A stretch of DNA of 64,000 nt from an uncultured delta proteobacterium (GCA_963706575.1 CAVPNL010000006.1:224001-288000); one strand, 5' to 3'. Shown: positions 21,376-32,693, numbered from the stretch's first letter. Notes: generated from the letters alone by a model not told the origin. Numbers and translations: made by a program.

Positions 21376-21891
21376 TCAACGAATCATATTAAAAGAAATT
21401 TTACCATTCAGTTTATCCACCACCTGGCGGACGTCAGCCAAACATCACCTGCCTTTCGGATTCTTGTTGGCGCAATCGCAAGCACCGGCCTTCTTCTCTG
21501 CTGCGATTTTTTCAATGATCAACGATCGCCCATTTTTGATGAAATCCTGTTCGATATCATTTACGGTATATCCAAAACAGTAACATATTAGATCATCTAA
21601 CTTATAATCTAAATTCTCAGGAGGTTTATCGGAAATATCAGTCGAAGGTGTTTTGTCATTGGTTTTCAGATTCGCAACATACCCGACTTTAAGCAATGTT
21701 TGACAGATTTTCTCTACTGAAACTGTGGATTTGTCATACGATACGATAGCTTTTTTTTCCGGATAACTTGCAAAAGCCTTTTTAACTCCTGGCAGCTCTT
21801 CCAGAGCGCTTACCACTTTGGGCTCTCAGCCCATTCAGGTCATACCCTGTACCTCTAATTCAATCTCATGGGTTCCGTCTGTTGTCTTCAT
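21376..21891 (-). CDS. HMA domain + CopZ-like Cys-rich (putative 2Fe-2S) domain protein with three predicted Sec (U19, U22, U149), 171 aa
   Basis: LEVQGMT-TGA-MG-TGA-EPKVVSALEELPGV, ICYCFG, CDCANKNPKGR-TGA-CLADVRQVV. Hairpins at 21790-21815 and 21415-21432. Confidence 0.85.
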
Positions 21892-22078
21892 ATTTGGTGC
21901 TCTCAAGGCTAATTATTTGGCTTTCAAGATTTATACAAAAAGGTTATAATCTACCGTTTAAAAGGTCAATTCCAAAACTTAATCGACTTCCTTATATCAA
22001 ATATCTGCCTTAATATGCTTGCCACCTTCTAAATCGTTATAGACCTGATATGATGGTCCGGCTTGCGCACTATTAGTA

Positions 22079-22555
22079 CTAGTGCGGAGAAATCAGACGG
22101 CCAAAGCAGCTTCTGCGATTGCCTTCAAATAGAAAAATCTGCATACCGAAGACGAAATAAATGACATCCCGCACCAGCGTCAATTCGGGAGAGCTGGCAT
22201 ATCCGCTCTGTCCGGTGGAAAAACACCCGCAATCAAATTCATGGCCACGGATCAGATTGATGGCCAACACAGTGACAAAAGCCAGAAGCAGGGCGTTAAT
22301 GATAATGGCCGCCGAGCGTGGATAAAGACCGATGATTAAGGCGAATCCGGCAACGAGTTCCAGAAAGGGGATGACGATAGCAATCAGGTTGATGAACATT
22401 GCCGGAAAAAGATCATATCCGTATACGATTTTGGCAAAATCCGCGGGTGAAATAATTTTATGCAAACTGGCATAAATAAAGGTGATGCCAAGAATCCAGC
22501 GTCCCGCCAGCTCGATCCAGCTGTTGTTTTTTATGAATTGTGCCCGATTATTCAA
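22079..22555 (-). CDS. MauE/DoxX-family membrane protein
   Basis: GITFIYASLHKI, FDCGCF. TTG start overlaps the upstream stop. Confidence 0.85.
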   Translation of the reverse strand: MNNRAQFIKNNSWIELAGRWILGITFIYASLHKIISPADFAKIVYGYDLFPAMFINLIAIVIPFLELVAGFALIIGLYPRSAAIIINALLLAFVTVLAINLIRGHEFDCGCFSTGQSGYASSPELTLVRDVIYFVFGMQIFLFEGNRRSCFGRLISPH

Positions 22556-23042
22556 TTGGATACCCTTCGGCTTCCCAGCCCGGAAATCCGTCAATAAAAA
22601 TCCGCACATTGGTGAATCCAAGGTCTGAAAGAAGCTGGGCCAGCTTGTGGCTATCTTCACAAGTTCTGCCGGAACAATAGGTCACAATGGGCTGTTCGGG
22701 TGGATAGCGGTTGAGGAAGGACTCGATCCGCTTTTCAAATTGGCCTACCGGCAGCGATACGGCTCCCGGGATATGGCCGTTTCCGTAATGGTTTTGCGAA
22801 CGGGCGTCTACAAAAAGAACGTCACCTTTATCAAATAGGGTTTTGGCCCGGGCGACGCTGTCAATTTCTGCTGGCTTTCCCTCTGCAATTCCGCCGGGGC
22901 TGGCGGTAATCACGCCTTCGGCGATATCCCACTGTCCCACCAGGGCAATACCCCTTGGCGAAAGCGTGTTAACCGCCAGGGCCAGGGCCAGCGAAACGCC
23001 CACCAGGATGATGATTTCCTTGATTGTTTTGCGAATAACCAT
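22548..23042 (-). CDS. Membrane-anchored rhodanese
   Basis: VDARS..GHIPGA, TYCSGRTCEDS. Confidence 0.9.
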   Translation of the reverse strand: MVIRKTIKEIIILVGVSLALALAVNTLSPRGIALVGQWDIAEGVITASPGGIAEGKPAEIDSVARAKTLFDKGDVLFVDARSQNHYGNGHIPGAVSLPVGQFEKRIESFLNRYPPEQPIVTYCSGRTCEDSHKLAQLLSDLGFTNVRIFIDGFPGWEAEGYPIE

Positions 23043-23197
23043 CTATCTGATCCAGGTTCAGTATGATTAAAACGGCCAGAGATAATCCGCTAATCTACAA
23101 TTATAACTCCTGAAATGTTCGGTATCAATATTTTCTATTGCGTTTGCATGCCAAGTTGCCACCGGTCGAAACGGGCCAACGGTGCAACTCGCTAACC

Positions 23198-24058
23198 CTA
23201 TTTTATGAAGGTGCCGTTTTTAATCTCCTCCAATGTCTGTTCAATTTCTTCCTGGGTATTCATGACAAACGGCCCCCAGCGTGCGATGGGCTCGTTTAAA
23301 GGTTTGCCTGAAACCAGCAAAAACCGAACACCCGGTTCCGCTGCCCGCACGGATGCCTGATCACCGTCCCCAAATACAATCAGACGGGGATGAGGAATCG
23401 GTTTGCCGGGTTTTGCGTCGCCGGTTTCAAATACGCCCTCGCCCTCAAAAATATATGCAAAGGCAGCGTGATCCCTTGCGATGGCATGGGAAAACGCTCC
23501 ATTAGGTGGAATCGAGATATCCAGGTAGGTGGGTTCGGCCACGATCTCTTTTACGGGGCCGTGTACACCGTCCACCTCACCGGCGATAACACGGATTTTT
23601 ACGCCATCTTCATGCTGGATTTCCGGTATTTGATCAGACGTAATATTCTGATAGCGCGGGCTTGTCATTTTAAGTTTGGCAGGCAGGTTCACCCACAGCT
23701 GAAAACCGACCATTTCGTCCTCATGGGGCTGGGGCATTTCCTCATGCATAATACCGCGACCGGATGTCATCCATTGAACGTCGCCGTCGGTTATGCTTCC
23801 CGAATTGCCGATGCTGTCCTTATGGTTCACATGTCCGCTGATCATATAGGTTACGGTTTCAATTCCCCGATGGGGATGCATGGGAAATCCCTTCATGTAA
23901 TCGGCAGGATCCTTGGATCCGAAATGATCAAACAGTAAAAAAGGATCGACATGATCCAATGTATTGGTAGCAATACTTCTGATGAGTCTTACCCCGGCAC
24001 CTTCCATTACGGCTTGCGGTTCAATTATCTCTTGAACTTTTCGGGTTTGATTGGTCAT
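23198..24058 (-). CDS. Pirin-family protein
   Basis: DPFLLFD, HPHRGIETVTY, GIMHEE, FQLWVNLP. Confidence 0.93.
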   Translation of the reverse strand: MTNQTRKVQEIIEPQAVMEGAGVRLIRSIATNTLDHVDPFLLFDHFGSKDPADYMKGFPMHPHRGIETVTYMISGHVNHKDSIGNSGSITDGDVQWMTSGRGIMHEEMPQPHEDEMVGFQLWVNLPAKLKMTSPRYQNITSDQIPEIQHEDGVKIRVIAGEVDGVHGPVKEIVAEPTYLDISIPPNGAFSHAIARDHAAFAYIFEGEGVFETGDAKPGKPIPHPRLIVFGDGDQASVRAAEPGVRFLLVSGKPLNEPIARWGPFVMNTQEEIEQTLEEIKNGTFIK

Positions 24059-24080
24059 AATTATTACCTTAATTTGCATT

Positions 24081-24158
24081 GTGGGAGCGGCTTCCAGTCG
24101 CGAATACAAGAGCAAATATCACCGTGTTCTGGATATCGCGGCTGAAAGCCGCTCCCAC
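24081..24158. repeat. REP-like GTGGGAGCGG...CCGCTCCCAC pair
   Basis: Also near 31325-31396 and 44981-45040. Confidence 0.7.
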
Positions 24159-24210
24159 GTTTGTGAGGAAACCTGTTAAACAATTAAGTCCTTATTTTCT
24201 TAAGTCCTCC

Positions 24211-24822
24211 TTAATTTACCAATTTGGATGCAATGCCGGCCACGTGTTTGCCCTGAAAGCGTGCAGCTTCCAATTCGTTCTCGCTGGGCATTCTGGAGCC
24301 GTCACCTCCGGCAATTGTCGATGCTCCGTATGGGGACCCGCCGGTAATTTCATCTATTCGCATTTGACCCTGAAAGGAATAAGGCAGACCGACTACCACA
24401 AAACCGTGATGAAGCAGGGTGACATGAAACGTAAGAATGGTGGATTCCTGCCCGCCGTGCTGGGTGGCGGTGCTGGTAAAAACGCTGCCGACTTTGCCCA
24501 CCAGGGAACCATTTGCCCACAGCTGTCCGGTGGCATCTAAAAACTGGCGCATTTGCCCGCACATATTGCCGAAACGGGTTGGGGTGCCGAAAATAACTGC
24601 ATCGGCTTTGGCCAGATCATCCACCGCCGCCTCCGCTATCTGTGAAAATGCTTTTTGGGCGTCAACCGCTCCCATTTTTTCCAGAACCTCCTGCGGCAGC
24701 GTTTCGGGTACTCGTCGAATTTCAACTTCAGCGCCGGCAACGGTTTTTACGCCTTCGGCGACGGCTTGCGCCATTTTATACACATGTCCATATGTCGAAT
24801 AGAAAACGATTAGTACTTTCAT
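24211..24822 (-). CDS. wrbA: NAD(P)H:quinone oxidoreductase
   Basis: [30 protein letters not shown]. Confidence 0.93.
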   Translation of the reverse strand: MKVLIVFYSTYGHVYKMAQAVAEGVKTVAGAEVEIRRVPETLPQEVLEKMGAVDAQKAFSQIAEAAVDDLAKADAVIFGTPTRFGNMCGQMRQFLDATGQLWANGSLVGKVGSVFTSTATQHGGQESTILTFHVTLLHHGFVVVGLPYSFQGQMRIDEITGGSPYGASTIAGGDGSRMPSENELEAARFQGKHVAGIASKLVN

Positions 24823-24845
24823 GTTCAAATCCTCCTCTATAAAAT

Positions 24846-25298
24846 TTATGATTCCCCGCTGAGGCCCAGTTTTTTGCACAATCGCCCTAGCGCATCCTGT
24901 TCGGCCGCCGTCAGCACCCCCAAATCTTCAGCGATCACGGCGGCATGCGGGGGAAATATTTTGTTGATGAGGTGGTATCCCTTATCGGTCAGATGAACGA
25001 TAAAAAACCGGCGGTCGGTTTCACTGCGCTTGCGCCTTACCAGTCCGCTTTTTTCGAGGTTGTCGATCACCATTGTAATATTGCCGCTGCTTCTAAGGAT
25101 TTTTTGCCCGATTTCCCTCTGGGACAGGGGGCCTAATTGATACAGCGCCTCGAGCACGGCAAACTGACTGATGGTCAGGCCCGTCGAAGACAGATGCCGG
25201 TGGGTGCGGGCGGTCACCGATTCTGCCGCTCTCATCAGCTTTACATATGTCCTTAATGCCCGGGTTTCCGCTTTGTTCCCCCGATATCGGCCCCTCAT
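24846..25298 (-). CDS. MarR-family regulator
   Basis: [27 protein letters not shown]. Confidence 0.92.
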   Translation of the reverse strand: MRGRYRGNKAETRALRTYVKLMRAAESVTARTHRHLSSTGLTISQFAVLEALYQLGPLSQREIGQKILRSSGNITMVIDNLEKSGLVRRKRSETDRRFFIVHLTDKGYHLINKIFPPHAAVIAEDLGVLTAAEQDALGRLCKKLGLSGES

Positions 25299-25313
25299 AA
25301 TTACCTCAACATT

Positions 25314-25337
25314 AATTAGTTTAATATTAAAATAATT
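25314..25337. promoter_or_regulatory. Putative MarR operator
   Basis: 24-bp palindrome AATTAGTTTAAT|ATTAAAATAATT (1 mismatch) between TTGACA (minus strand) and the RBS. Confidence 0.6.
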
Positions 25338-25386
25338 TGGTTTCATTTATTTGTCAAGTGCATTACCAAATTAGTGGGAACCGAAC

Positions 25387-25402
25387 ATTATCAAATGGTA
25401 AT
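25387..25402. promoter_or_regulatory. Palindromic box ATTATCAAATGGTAAT (copy 1 of 3)
   Basis: Near-identical at 27072-27087 and 29398-29413. Confidence 0.65.
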
Positions 25403-25583
25403 GTTTGGGTAAGTTTGACATAATTTAGTTTTGATAATTAATTTGATTTAACTTTGCTAATTGCTAAGATTAGGCTGATATACGGGTCACATTGATAATT
25501 ATGGAATATATGAGGAACAAGTGGATTTCGTAAATTTCACCATAGCCTAGCATAGTTCTTTCAGCGCTCACGCCGTTTACCGA

Positions 25584-26825
25584 ATGAGATTTCACACACC
25601 ACATTACTTAAAAGAAAAAGCAAAATTTTCAAAACCGATAAAACAGGTTTCGAGGGGTTTTGTATTCTTTGCCATTGTTGTTTTTATTTTATGGCCGGTT
25701 CTTTCGGCAAAGGCTGAAAACAATGAAGGAGACCACGAAGCCAAACAGCGGCTAAAGCAAATTGAAGAAATAGAAGAAAAAGAGGAAGAAGAGGAAAGGG
25801 TAGGCACTTTAAATCCAATCATTCAAGAAATTTTCGGTGAAAAGGTCAGGCTCAATGGCGTCGTCGAGCTTAACTATGAATATCTTGACGTGGAGGATAT
25901 TGGTGACGAAAATAGTGACAGCAGTTCTGATTTTTTTATGAGCACGGCGGAACTTGCACTCCGGGTTTTTTTTAACGAATGGAGCAAGGCCAGAATCGTG
26001 GTCACGGCAGAGGATGTCGGCAAGCAAGGTGAAGACGGCAAAATACGTCTGGATGAGGCCATCGCCACCCTGAAAAGCCTGCATGTACCCTTGTACTTGA
26101 TCGGGGGTAAAACCGTGATGCCGTTCGGCGTTTTCGAAGACCACCTGATCGAAGGCACGCTTGCCGAAGATTTGTATGAGATCGATGAGTGGGGGGCCAC
26201 CATCGGCTATAATCCCGATTTTTACGGGCTGGACATCTCCTTTTCGGTCTACCGAAATCCGCAGGTCATGCGTAATCTGGAAGATTTCGACACGCATGAT
26301 TTCAGCACCGCACCCAAAAATGAAGATAAATTCAGGTCCTATATCGCCAATATCTCGCTTGAGCCGATTGAAGACACCCTGATCCTGAGCGCTTATTACG
26401 ATAGCGAACCCGGCGATGGCAGACGCAACCAGACCATCGGCGGGGCGTTTACCGTAAATTATTGGAAGTTCACCCTGGATGCTGAATATATCACCGCTCT
26501 AGCGCGGGAGAAGGGAGAAAACGAAGAGGAGAACAAAGAAAGCGCCGGGGTTGTGGGGCTTGCTTTTGAACCGCTGGAATCTTTGCAGCTGGCAACGCGC
26601 TATGCCGTTTTCAGTGATGACAACCCTGGAGATCAGGACGAAGTTTTGGATTACCGTATCGTTGCCGGATTCAACTACTCACTTTTAGAGTTGGTCGACG
26701 TCTCCTTTTTAACCGATGCCACGATTTTCTTTGAATACCGATATTCTAAATATGAAAAAGAAACCGGCAGTGAGGCCACTAACTCACAAAATATGTTTCA
26801 GTTTCAGTTGGTCCTGGGATTCTAG
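25584..26825 (+). CDS. LbtU-like outer-membrane porin
   Basis: Signal peptide, LNGVVE, GKTVMPFG, C-terminal QLVLGF. Confidence 0.7.
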   Translation: MRFHTPHYLKEKAKFSKPIKQVSRGFVFFAIVVFILWPVLSAKAENNEGDHEAKQRLKQIEEIEEKEEEEERVGTLNPIIQEIFGEKVRLNGVVELNYEYLDVEDIGDENSDSSSDFFMSTAELALRVFFNEWSKARIVVTAEDVGKQGEDGKIRLDEAIATLKSLHVPLYLIGGKTVMPFGVFEDHLIEGTLAEDLYEIDEWGATIGYNPDFYGLDISFSVYRNPQVMRNLEDFDTHDFSTAPKNEDKFRSYIANISLEPIEDTLILSAYYDSEPGDGRRNQTIGGAFTVNYWKFTLDAEYITALAREKGENEEENKESAGVVGLAFEPLESLQLATRYAVFSDDNPGDQDEVLDYRIVAGFNYSLLELVDVSFLTDATIFFEYRYSKYEKETGSEATNSQNMFQFQLVLGF

Positions 26826-27140
26826 AACCCATCTCAATCCGTCTGGAGGACTAACGCCCGGTTGCAAAGTTTTAAACCTATGACAAGTGCTTATAACAAC
26901 AAGTGAGCTAAAATTAAAAATGAGCTAAAATGCCTAAAGTTATGGTGTCGCTCGCGCAGCGCAGGCGCTTGCGCCGCGTGGCGCTCCATCTTTTAATTTT
27001 AATATGATAGAATACCTCAACTTTAGGCATTTTAGCTCATTTTAGTCACTTTAGGCACTTCTAAATCAGATATTATCATATGGTAATCTGAAGATAATCT
27101 TATCATAATTTTTTTATGATACACTATTTAAAATAATGCC

Positions 27141-27818
27141 ATGCGATTATTATTAGTAGAAGACGACATCAAGATTGCTCAATTTGTGGTGAACGGACTC
27201 AAGGAGGCCGGTTTTGCGGTTGATCACGCCGCAAATGGCGAGGACGGACTGCACCTGGCGTTGACCGAGCCCTATGATATTGCTGTTGTGGATCTGATGT
27301 TACCCAAGGTCGACGGCCTGACACTCATCGAAGAGGTCCGCCGAAACGACATCAATACCCCGGTTCTGATTTTAAGCGCCAAAAGATCGGTTGATGATCG
27401 GGTCAAGGGTCTCAAAACAGGCAGTGATGATTATCTGGTCAAACCGTTTGCCTTCGCCGAGCTGCTGGCCCGGGTCCAGGCCCTCATTCGTCGGTCAACC
27501 CACGTCACCGCTCCGTCCGAGCTTAAGGTCGCTGATCTGACGTTAGACTTGAATTCGCGTAAGGTTTTCAGGGCCGACGAGGAAATTATGCTGCAGCCGC
27601 TCGAATTTTCCCTGCTCGAATATCTGATGCGCAACGCCGGTCGGGTCGTTTCCAAAACCATGATCATGGAACATGTCTGGGATTATAACTTCAGCCCCCA
27701 GACGAATGTTGTCGAAGCCCGCATATGTTATCTGCGGGATAAGATTGATAAGAATTTTGTTAGAAAGCTGATCCATACGGTTCGGGGTGTCGGATATGTT
27801 CTTAAGGAAGCTTCATAA
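27141..27818 (+). CDS. CusR/CopR-like response regulator
   Basis: LVEDD, DDYLVKPFAFAELLARV, TNVVE, HTVRGVGY. Confidence 0.9.
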   Translation: MRLLLVEDDIKIAQFVVNGLKEAGFAVDHAANGEDGLHLALTEPYDIAVVDLMLPKVDGLTLIEEVRRNDINTPVLILSAKRSVDDRVKGLKTGSDDYLVKPFAFAELLARVQALIRRSTHVTAPSELKVADLTLDLNSRKVFRADEEIMLQPLEFSLLEYLMRNAGRVVSKTMIMEHVWDYNFSPQTNVVEARICYLRDKIDKNFVRKLIHTVRGVGYVLKEAS

Positions 27819-29195
27819 TTTTAAAAATTCGCTGTTATTTCGCTTAACGATTCTGTATGCGGTGGCATTTACCGTCCTGTCAACCATCGGTTTTCTGATT
27901 TTTTATTACCGTATTTATGCCGTCACCATGGAGGGTCTGGATCTTGAGTTACTGGATAAAACTCGAAAGTACGCGGACCTGACGAAAGAAGTCGGTCTGG
28001 AAGGCGTCCTGCCTGAAATTGCGGATGAGACTGAATCTGAAGACCCGCAAGAAGACTTTTACCGTCTTTTCAATTTCAAAGGGGATATTCTTTTCACCAC
28101 CGATATGTCCTTCTGGGGGGTCATTGACAGGAAGGACATTCTGTTAAAAATGCAAAATGAAGGCTTGAGTTATGCATTCCAAACGCAGACCTTCGAGGAG
28201 CGCGATGATAAGGCCCGCATGATAACGGCAATTGTCGGCCCGGATACCGTGTTGCAGATCGGAGAGAGCCTTGAAGAAGTCGATGAATATTTGGATATTT
28301 TTCTCGAATTGGTTTCCATCCTGGTTATCAGTTTAATTATCGTGTCGACGATCATTGGATGGTTGCTGGCAAGGCGGGCTACAATTGACATGCAAGAAGT
28401 CGCTGAAACCGCAGAAGAAATAGCAAACGGTTCCTATGACAGGCGCGTGCAGGTCAAAGGCCGGTACAGGGAGATCGAACGGCTGAGCGCCGCGTTTAAC
28501 AGCATGCTGGACCGTATTCAGAGTTTGCTGAATTCCATGAAAGAAATTAACGATAATATCGCCCACGACCTCAGAAGTCCCCTGGCCAGAATTCGCGGCA
28601 TCGCCGAAATGAGTCTGCTCAAAGAAAAATCCATTGACGCATACAAAGACATGGCCGCCAGCACCATTGAAGAATGCGATACTCTGATTGGTATGATCAA
28701 TACCATGCTGGACATCACGGAAGCTGAAGCCGGTGTCAACGGCGTTGAGGCTGAAGAATTTGAACTGGTCACCCTTATCCGCGAGGCCTGTGAACTTTTT
28801 CGCCCAATAACTGAGGAGAAAAAAATAAATTTGAAAACCGATCTGCCCGAATCCCTGACGGTAATGGGCAACAAAAAAAAGATGCAACGGATCGTGACCA
28901 ATCTGCTGGAAAATGCCATAAAATACACCCCCGCAGACGGAACCATTGCTGTTTCCGCCGCAGCGCAAAACGGCGAGCTTCGAATCGAATTTGAAGACAC
29001 GGGGATGGGTATTTCAGAAAGCGACCTGCCCCACATCTTCGAGCGCTTTTATCGCTGTGATCGCAGCCGATCCCAGGGCGGCGTAGGCTGGGCCTCAGCC
29101 TGGTCAAAGCCTATACCGAATCCTTAAACGGCACGATTCAGGTCGAGAGCACCCTGAATCAGGGCAGCCGCTTTGCGCTCAGATTTGTTCGTTGA
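27796..29195 (+). CDS. HAMP sensor histidine kinase, frameshift near 29088
   Basis: IAHDLRSPL, NLLENAIKY, DTGMGI. G2 box GLGLSLV continues in the shifted frame to TGA 29195. Confidence 0.88.
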
Positions 29196-29551
29196 GCCTT
29201 CAATCCCGATGAAACCGCTCATGAGATTCCCCAGCTTCACTCATGCCGGTACAAATCTGATCCGGGTCATTGCGAGAAATCATAAGAGCATGAAACTGCT
29301 CTGGATTTCCGGGTCAGGCCAGAAATGCCAAACAAGACTAACACCTGCCATCATTTTCTCCCCAGTAATCGAACGGATCTCCATTTTCTTACGCCACATT
29401 ATCAAATGATAATTTCTGGAATAATCTTCCGGTAAAATTTGTTGTTTATACTCGGAAGCCAGAGTCGGAAGTCAATTTTCGATGGACTCCTGGAAATAAT
29501 TCCTTGAGTCTAAGACTCGACAACGGATTTCTGCAGCGCCGAGGTATTCTG

Positions 29552-30107
29552 ATGAATTCCAACCGGTTCATTAAACATCGTTCCTTCTGGATATTGTGCG
29601 GCATTCTCTATCTTATCAATCGGATTGACAGCTGTTCAAGGAGCTGAAATCAGCGATCTGGTGATGAACACCTCCCAGGGCTATCTGATGTTAAGCGTTA
29701 AAATCAGCGATGTGATCGCTGGTGATGTCAACGCCTCCGCGGCCGATGCATTATCCGCTACCATCATTTTTTCGATTGCCCTGTATGAGGTCAAACCCTT
29801 GTGGTTCGATAAAAAAATGGCGCACCACACCGCAACCAATACCATTATGCACGAGCCCGAAAAAAATGAATACCGCCTGCTGCGCTCCTGGGACAACGGG
29901 CCGCCGCCGGTGGTGGACTCTTTAAGTCAGGCACGGCTTTTGATGACTGAAGTCAACAACCTGAAATTGATGCCGCTGGCAGGTCTTGAAAAGGGCCGCA
30001 ATTACCAGATCCAGGTACAGGCTGTCTGCCAGGATAAAAACGCTTTTGTTTTCAGCCCGTCGGGCTGCTTCAAAACCGACTGGCACACCGTGGATTTTAC
30101 TTTTTAA
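29552..30107 (+). CDS. DUF4390-like exported protein (likely indel in signal region)
   Basis: LWFDK, KGRNYQIQV, FKTDWHTVDFTF. Confidence 0.6.
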
Positions 30108-30266
30108 GCGATCGATTCGGCCGGCTAACGGTAGCCTGCCCGACCACTGAGAAGTCATCATTAACCCGGGCGCTTTTTGAATATGAAGCGTCCACAAACA
30201 TCACACATGGAGGAAATTATGTTATCAACAAAGGTTAGAGAAAAATCAGGTGGAAAGTTGATATCC

Positions 30267-31002
30267 ATGCGATTGTTGACCATCATTCTGTTAACAGCAG
30301 TCGCTGTATTCTTCACGATGGGCGAATCTGCGTTAGCAAAGGGATGGAAGAAAAAAGCTGAGGAACTCGACAACTGTCAACGTGTTCATCGAGTATAACT
30401 CGACAGATGAGGATAATGGCCTCCAATTCTTCTGGGATTCCGATGGTTTCACACGGATGATGGTCTTTAATGCAAGCGGGAAAAAGGTTCTGGACATCGA
30501 AACCAAAAAAAACGTAAGAGACCAGGGCCTTACCGAAGTGGCTATCGAGAGCGTCGAGCCGGATGAAAGCGATCAGACACAGGAAGAGTTCTTTGCTCGT
30601 TTTCCAGAAGGAACCTACAAATTTTGGGGCAGATCGATTGAAGGTAGCTGGCTGTACGGCGAGGCTGAATTTACCCACGAGCTTGCGAATCCGGTTGCCA
30701 TAAATCTTTCGGATTGGCCGACCATCATGTGGACGCCGAATGGAGGTGCAGATGTAGTCGGTTACGAGGTCGTCGTCGAGATGGTGGTCAAGGAGGTCGT
30801 TGAGGACGGCGAGGAACGCGTATTCAAGCAAACCACAACGCTCCCGGAATTCGTAGAACAATTAACGGTTTCAGATGAATTCGTCCGCTTGATTGGGTTC
30901 TATGAAGGAAGTGAAGATTGGCAAGTGGAGGAGTTGAAGGTTGAGATCTTAGCGGATGAGGAAAGCGGAAACAGGACGATCACCGAGGCAGACGTGGACT
31001 AG
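30267..31002 (+). CDS. Acidic exported hypothetical protein, frameshift near 30372
   Basis: Signal peptide ending ALA, then FIEYNSTDEDNGLQ in the next frame. Confidence 0.6.
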
Positions 31003-31429
31003 GTAATTCGGGCCAAGCATTAATTGGATTTGATCAACGGGCTCCATTCGCAACTTACTGTTCAGTATTTCTTGGGCGAATGGAGCCCCTCTTACCATAT
31101 GCCGCTGAAAGCTCAGCGCGGAACCGTTTAAGAAAAACGGAGCGTGTAACCATTGAAATTATACAGAAGCAGAAAGCGGAATTTCAAATTTTAATTTAAT
31201 AGATTAATGTGTTCAAAAGTAGGACGGGCCTCTGTGCCCGCCTCAATTTTATCATTGCAGGGGTCGTTCCTACACCGTTTTAGGTACTTCCTGTCAAATA
31301 TAAAGGAACCAGACAAATTTTACTGTGGGAGCGGCATCTTGCCGCGATCAATCGTGCAATGCGCAAGGACGAATCGCGGCTGGAAGCCGCTCCCACAATC
31401 CAGTCCCACAATCTGCCGGCTTCCTTTAT

Positions 31430-32672
31430 TCAGATCCCCTTCAAATATTCCCGGATCATCAATGCGGCGCTGCCGCCTTCGCCGGCGGCGCTGACGACCT
31501 GCTTGGTGCTTTTGTCGCGCACATCACCGGCGGCAAAAATTCCGGGTATGCTGGTTTCCAGCAGCAGGGGGTCGCGCTTCTCAAAGCCGGCCTGGCCGCT
31601 TTTCCTCGTGCAAGAGGGCATGGCCGGTGACGACAAACCCCCATTCGTCGAGCAGAATGCCGCTGTCGGCCAGAAACCCGGTGTTGGGCACCAGGCCGAT
31701 AAAAATAAAAACCCCGTCCACCGGCATTTCCTGCTCTTCATCGGTCTGATTGTTGTGGACCCGCAGCCGGTTGAGCTTTGCATCTTTTCCCATAAATTCC
31801 TTGACTTCGGTGTGCCAGCGCACCTCAATTTGCGGATGGCTGAGGACCTTTTCCTGAATGATTTGCGTCGCCTTGAATTCGCCGCCGCGCACCAGAATCG
31901 TGACCTGTTCGGCGAATTTGGTCAGCAGCAGGCTTTCTTCGGTGGCGCTGTTGCCGCCGCCGACCACCGCCACCTGTTTGCCTTTGTAAAAGGGTCCGTC
32001 GCAGGTCGCGCAAAAGTGAACGCCGGCACCGATGTACTCGTTTTCGCCCGGCACATTCAGGCGTTTGTAGCGGCTGCCGGTGGCGATCAGCAGCGCGTCG
32101 GCACTGTACTGGCTGCCGTCTTCGGTTGTGACACCATGGTAATTATCGGTGCTGCTAACGGCGGCAATCTGCTGAGCCTGCAGCAGTTCCACGCCGAAGC
32201 GTTCCGCCTGCCGGCGCAGGCGCTCGGAAAACTCGATTCCGGCAACGCCATCGGGAAATCCGGGCATGTTATCCAGTTTTTCGGTTCCGGCGGCCTGGCC
32301 GCCGAAGGCGGCGCGCTCGATCACCAGGGTGTCGATGGCTTCGCGGGCCGTATAGAGGGCCGCCGTCAAGCCGGCGGGCCCGCCGCCTAAAACGATCAGG
32401 TCGTAATGGCTGCGGGCGGCTTTGGTCTTCAGACCCAGTTTGGCCGCCAGCTCCGCATTGCTGGGCTCCACCAGAAAGGAGTCGTCGGCAAATGTAATTG
32501 TCGGAATGATGCGCTTGCCGTCGTTTTTTTCGATCACAAACGCTTCGGCCTGTTGGTCCTGTTCAATATCCACCCAGTTGTAGGGGATCTGGTGCTCGCC
32601 CAGAAACTGCTTGCTGCGGCGGCAGTCCGGGCACCAGTGGGCACCGTATACGGTGATTTCCGCATCGGACAT
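31430..32672 (-). CDS. trxB: Glutaredoxin-like domain fused to thioredoxin reductase, frameshift near 31590
   Basis: WCPDC, GGGPAG, CATCDG, GGGNSA. TSIPGIFAAGDV in the shifted frame. Confidence 0.85.
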
Positions 32673-32693
32673 GGCGATTCTCCTTTCAAATAT

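Noticed and set aside
31581..31583. TGA in trxB fusion as Sec
   Set aside because: The C-terminal motif is in another frame and this is not a Cys position.
31359..32390. Long + strand ORF (and similar at 49049, 49928, 46404, 59462)
   Set aside because: Antisense shadows of well-supported minus-strand genes.
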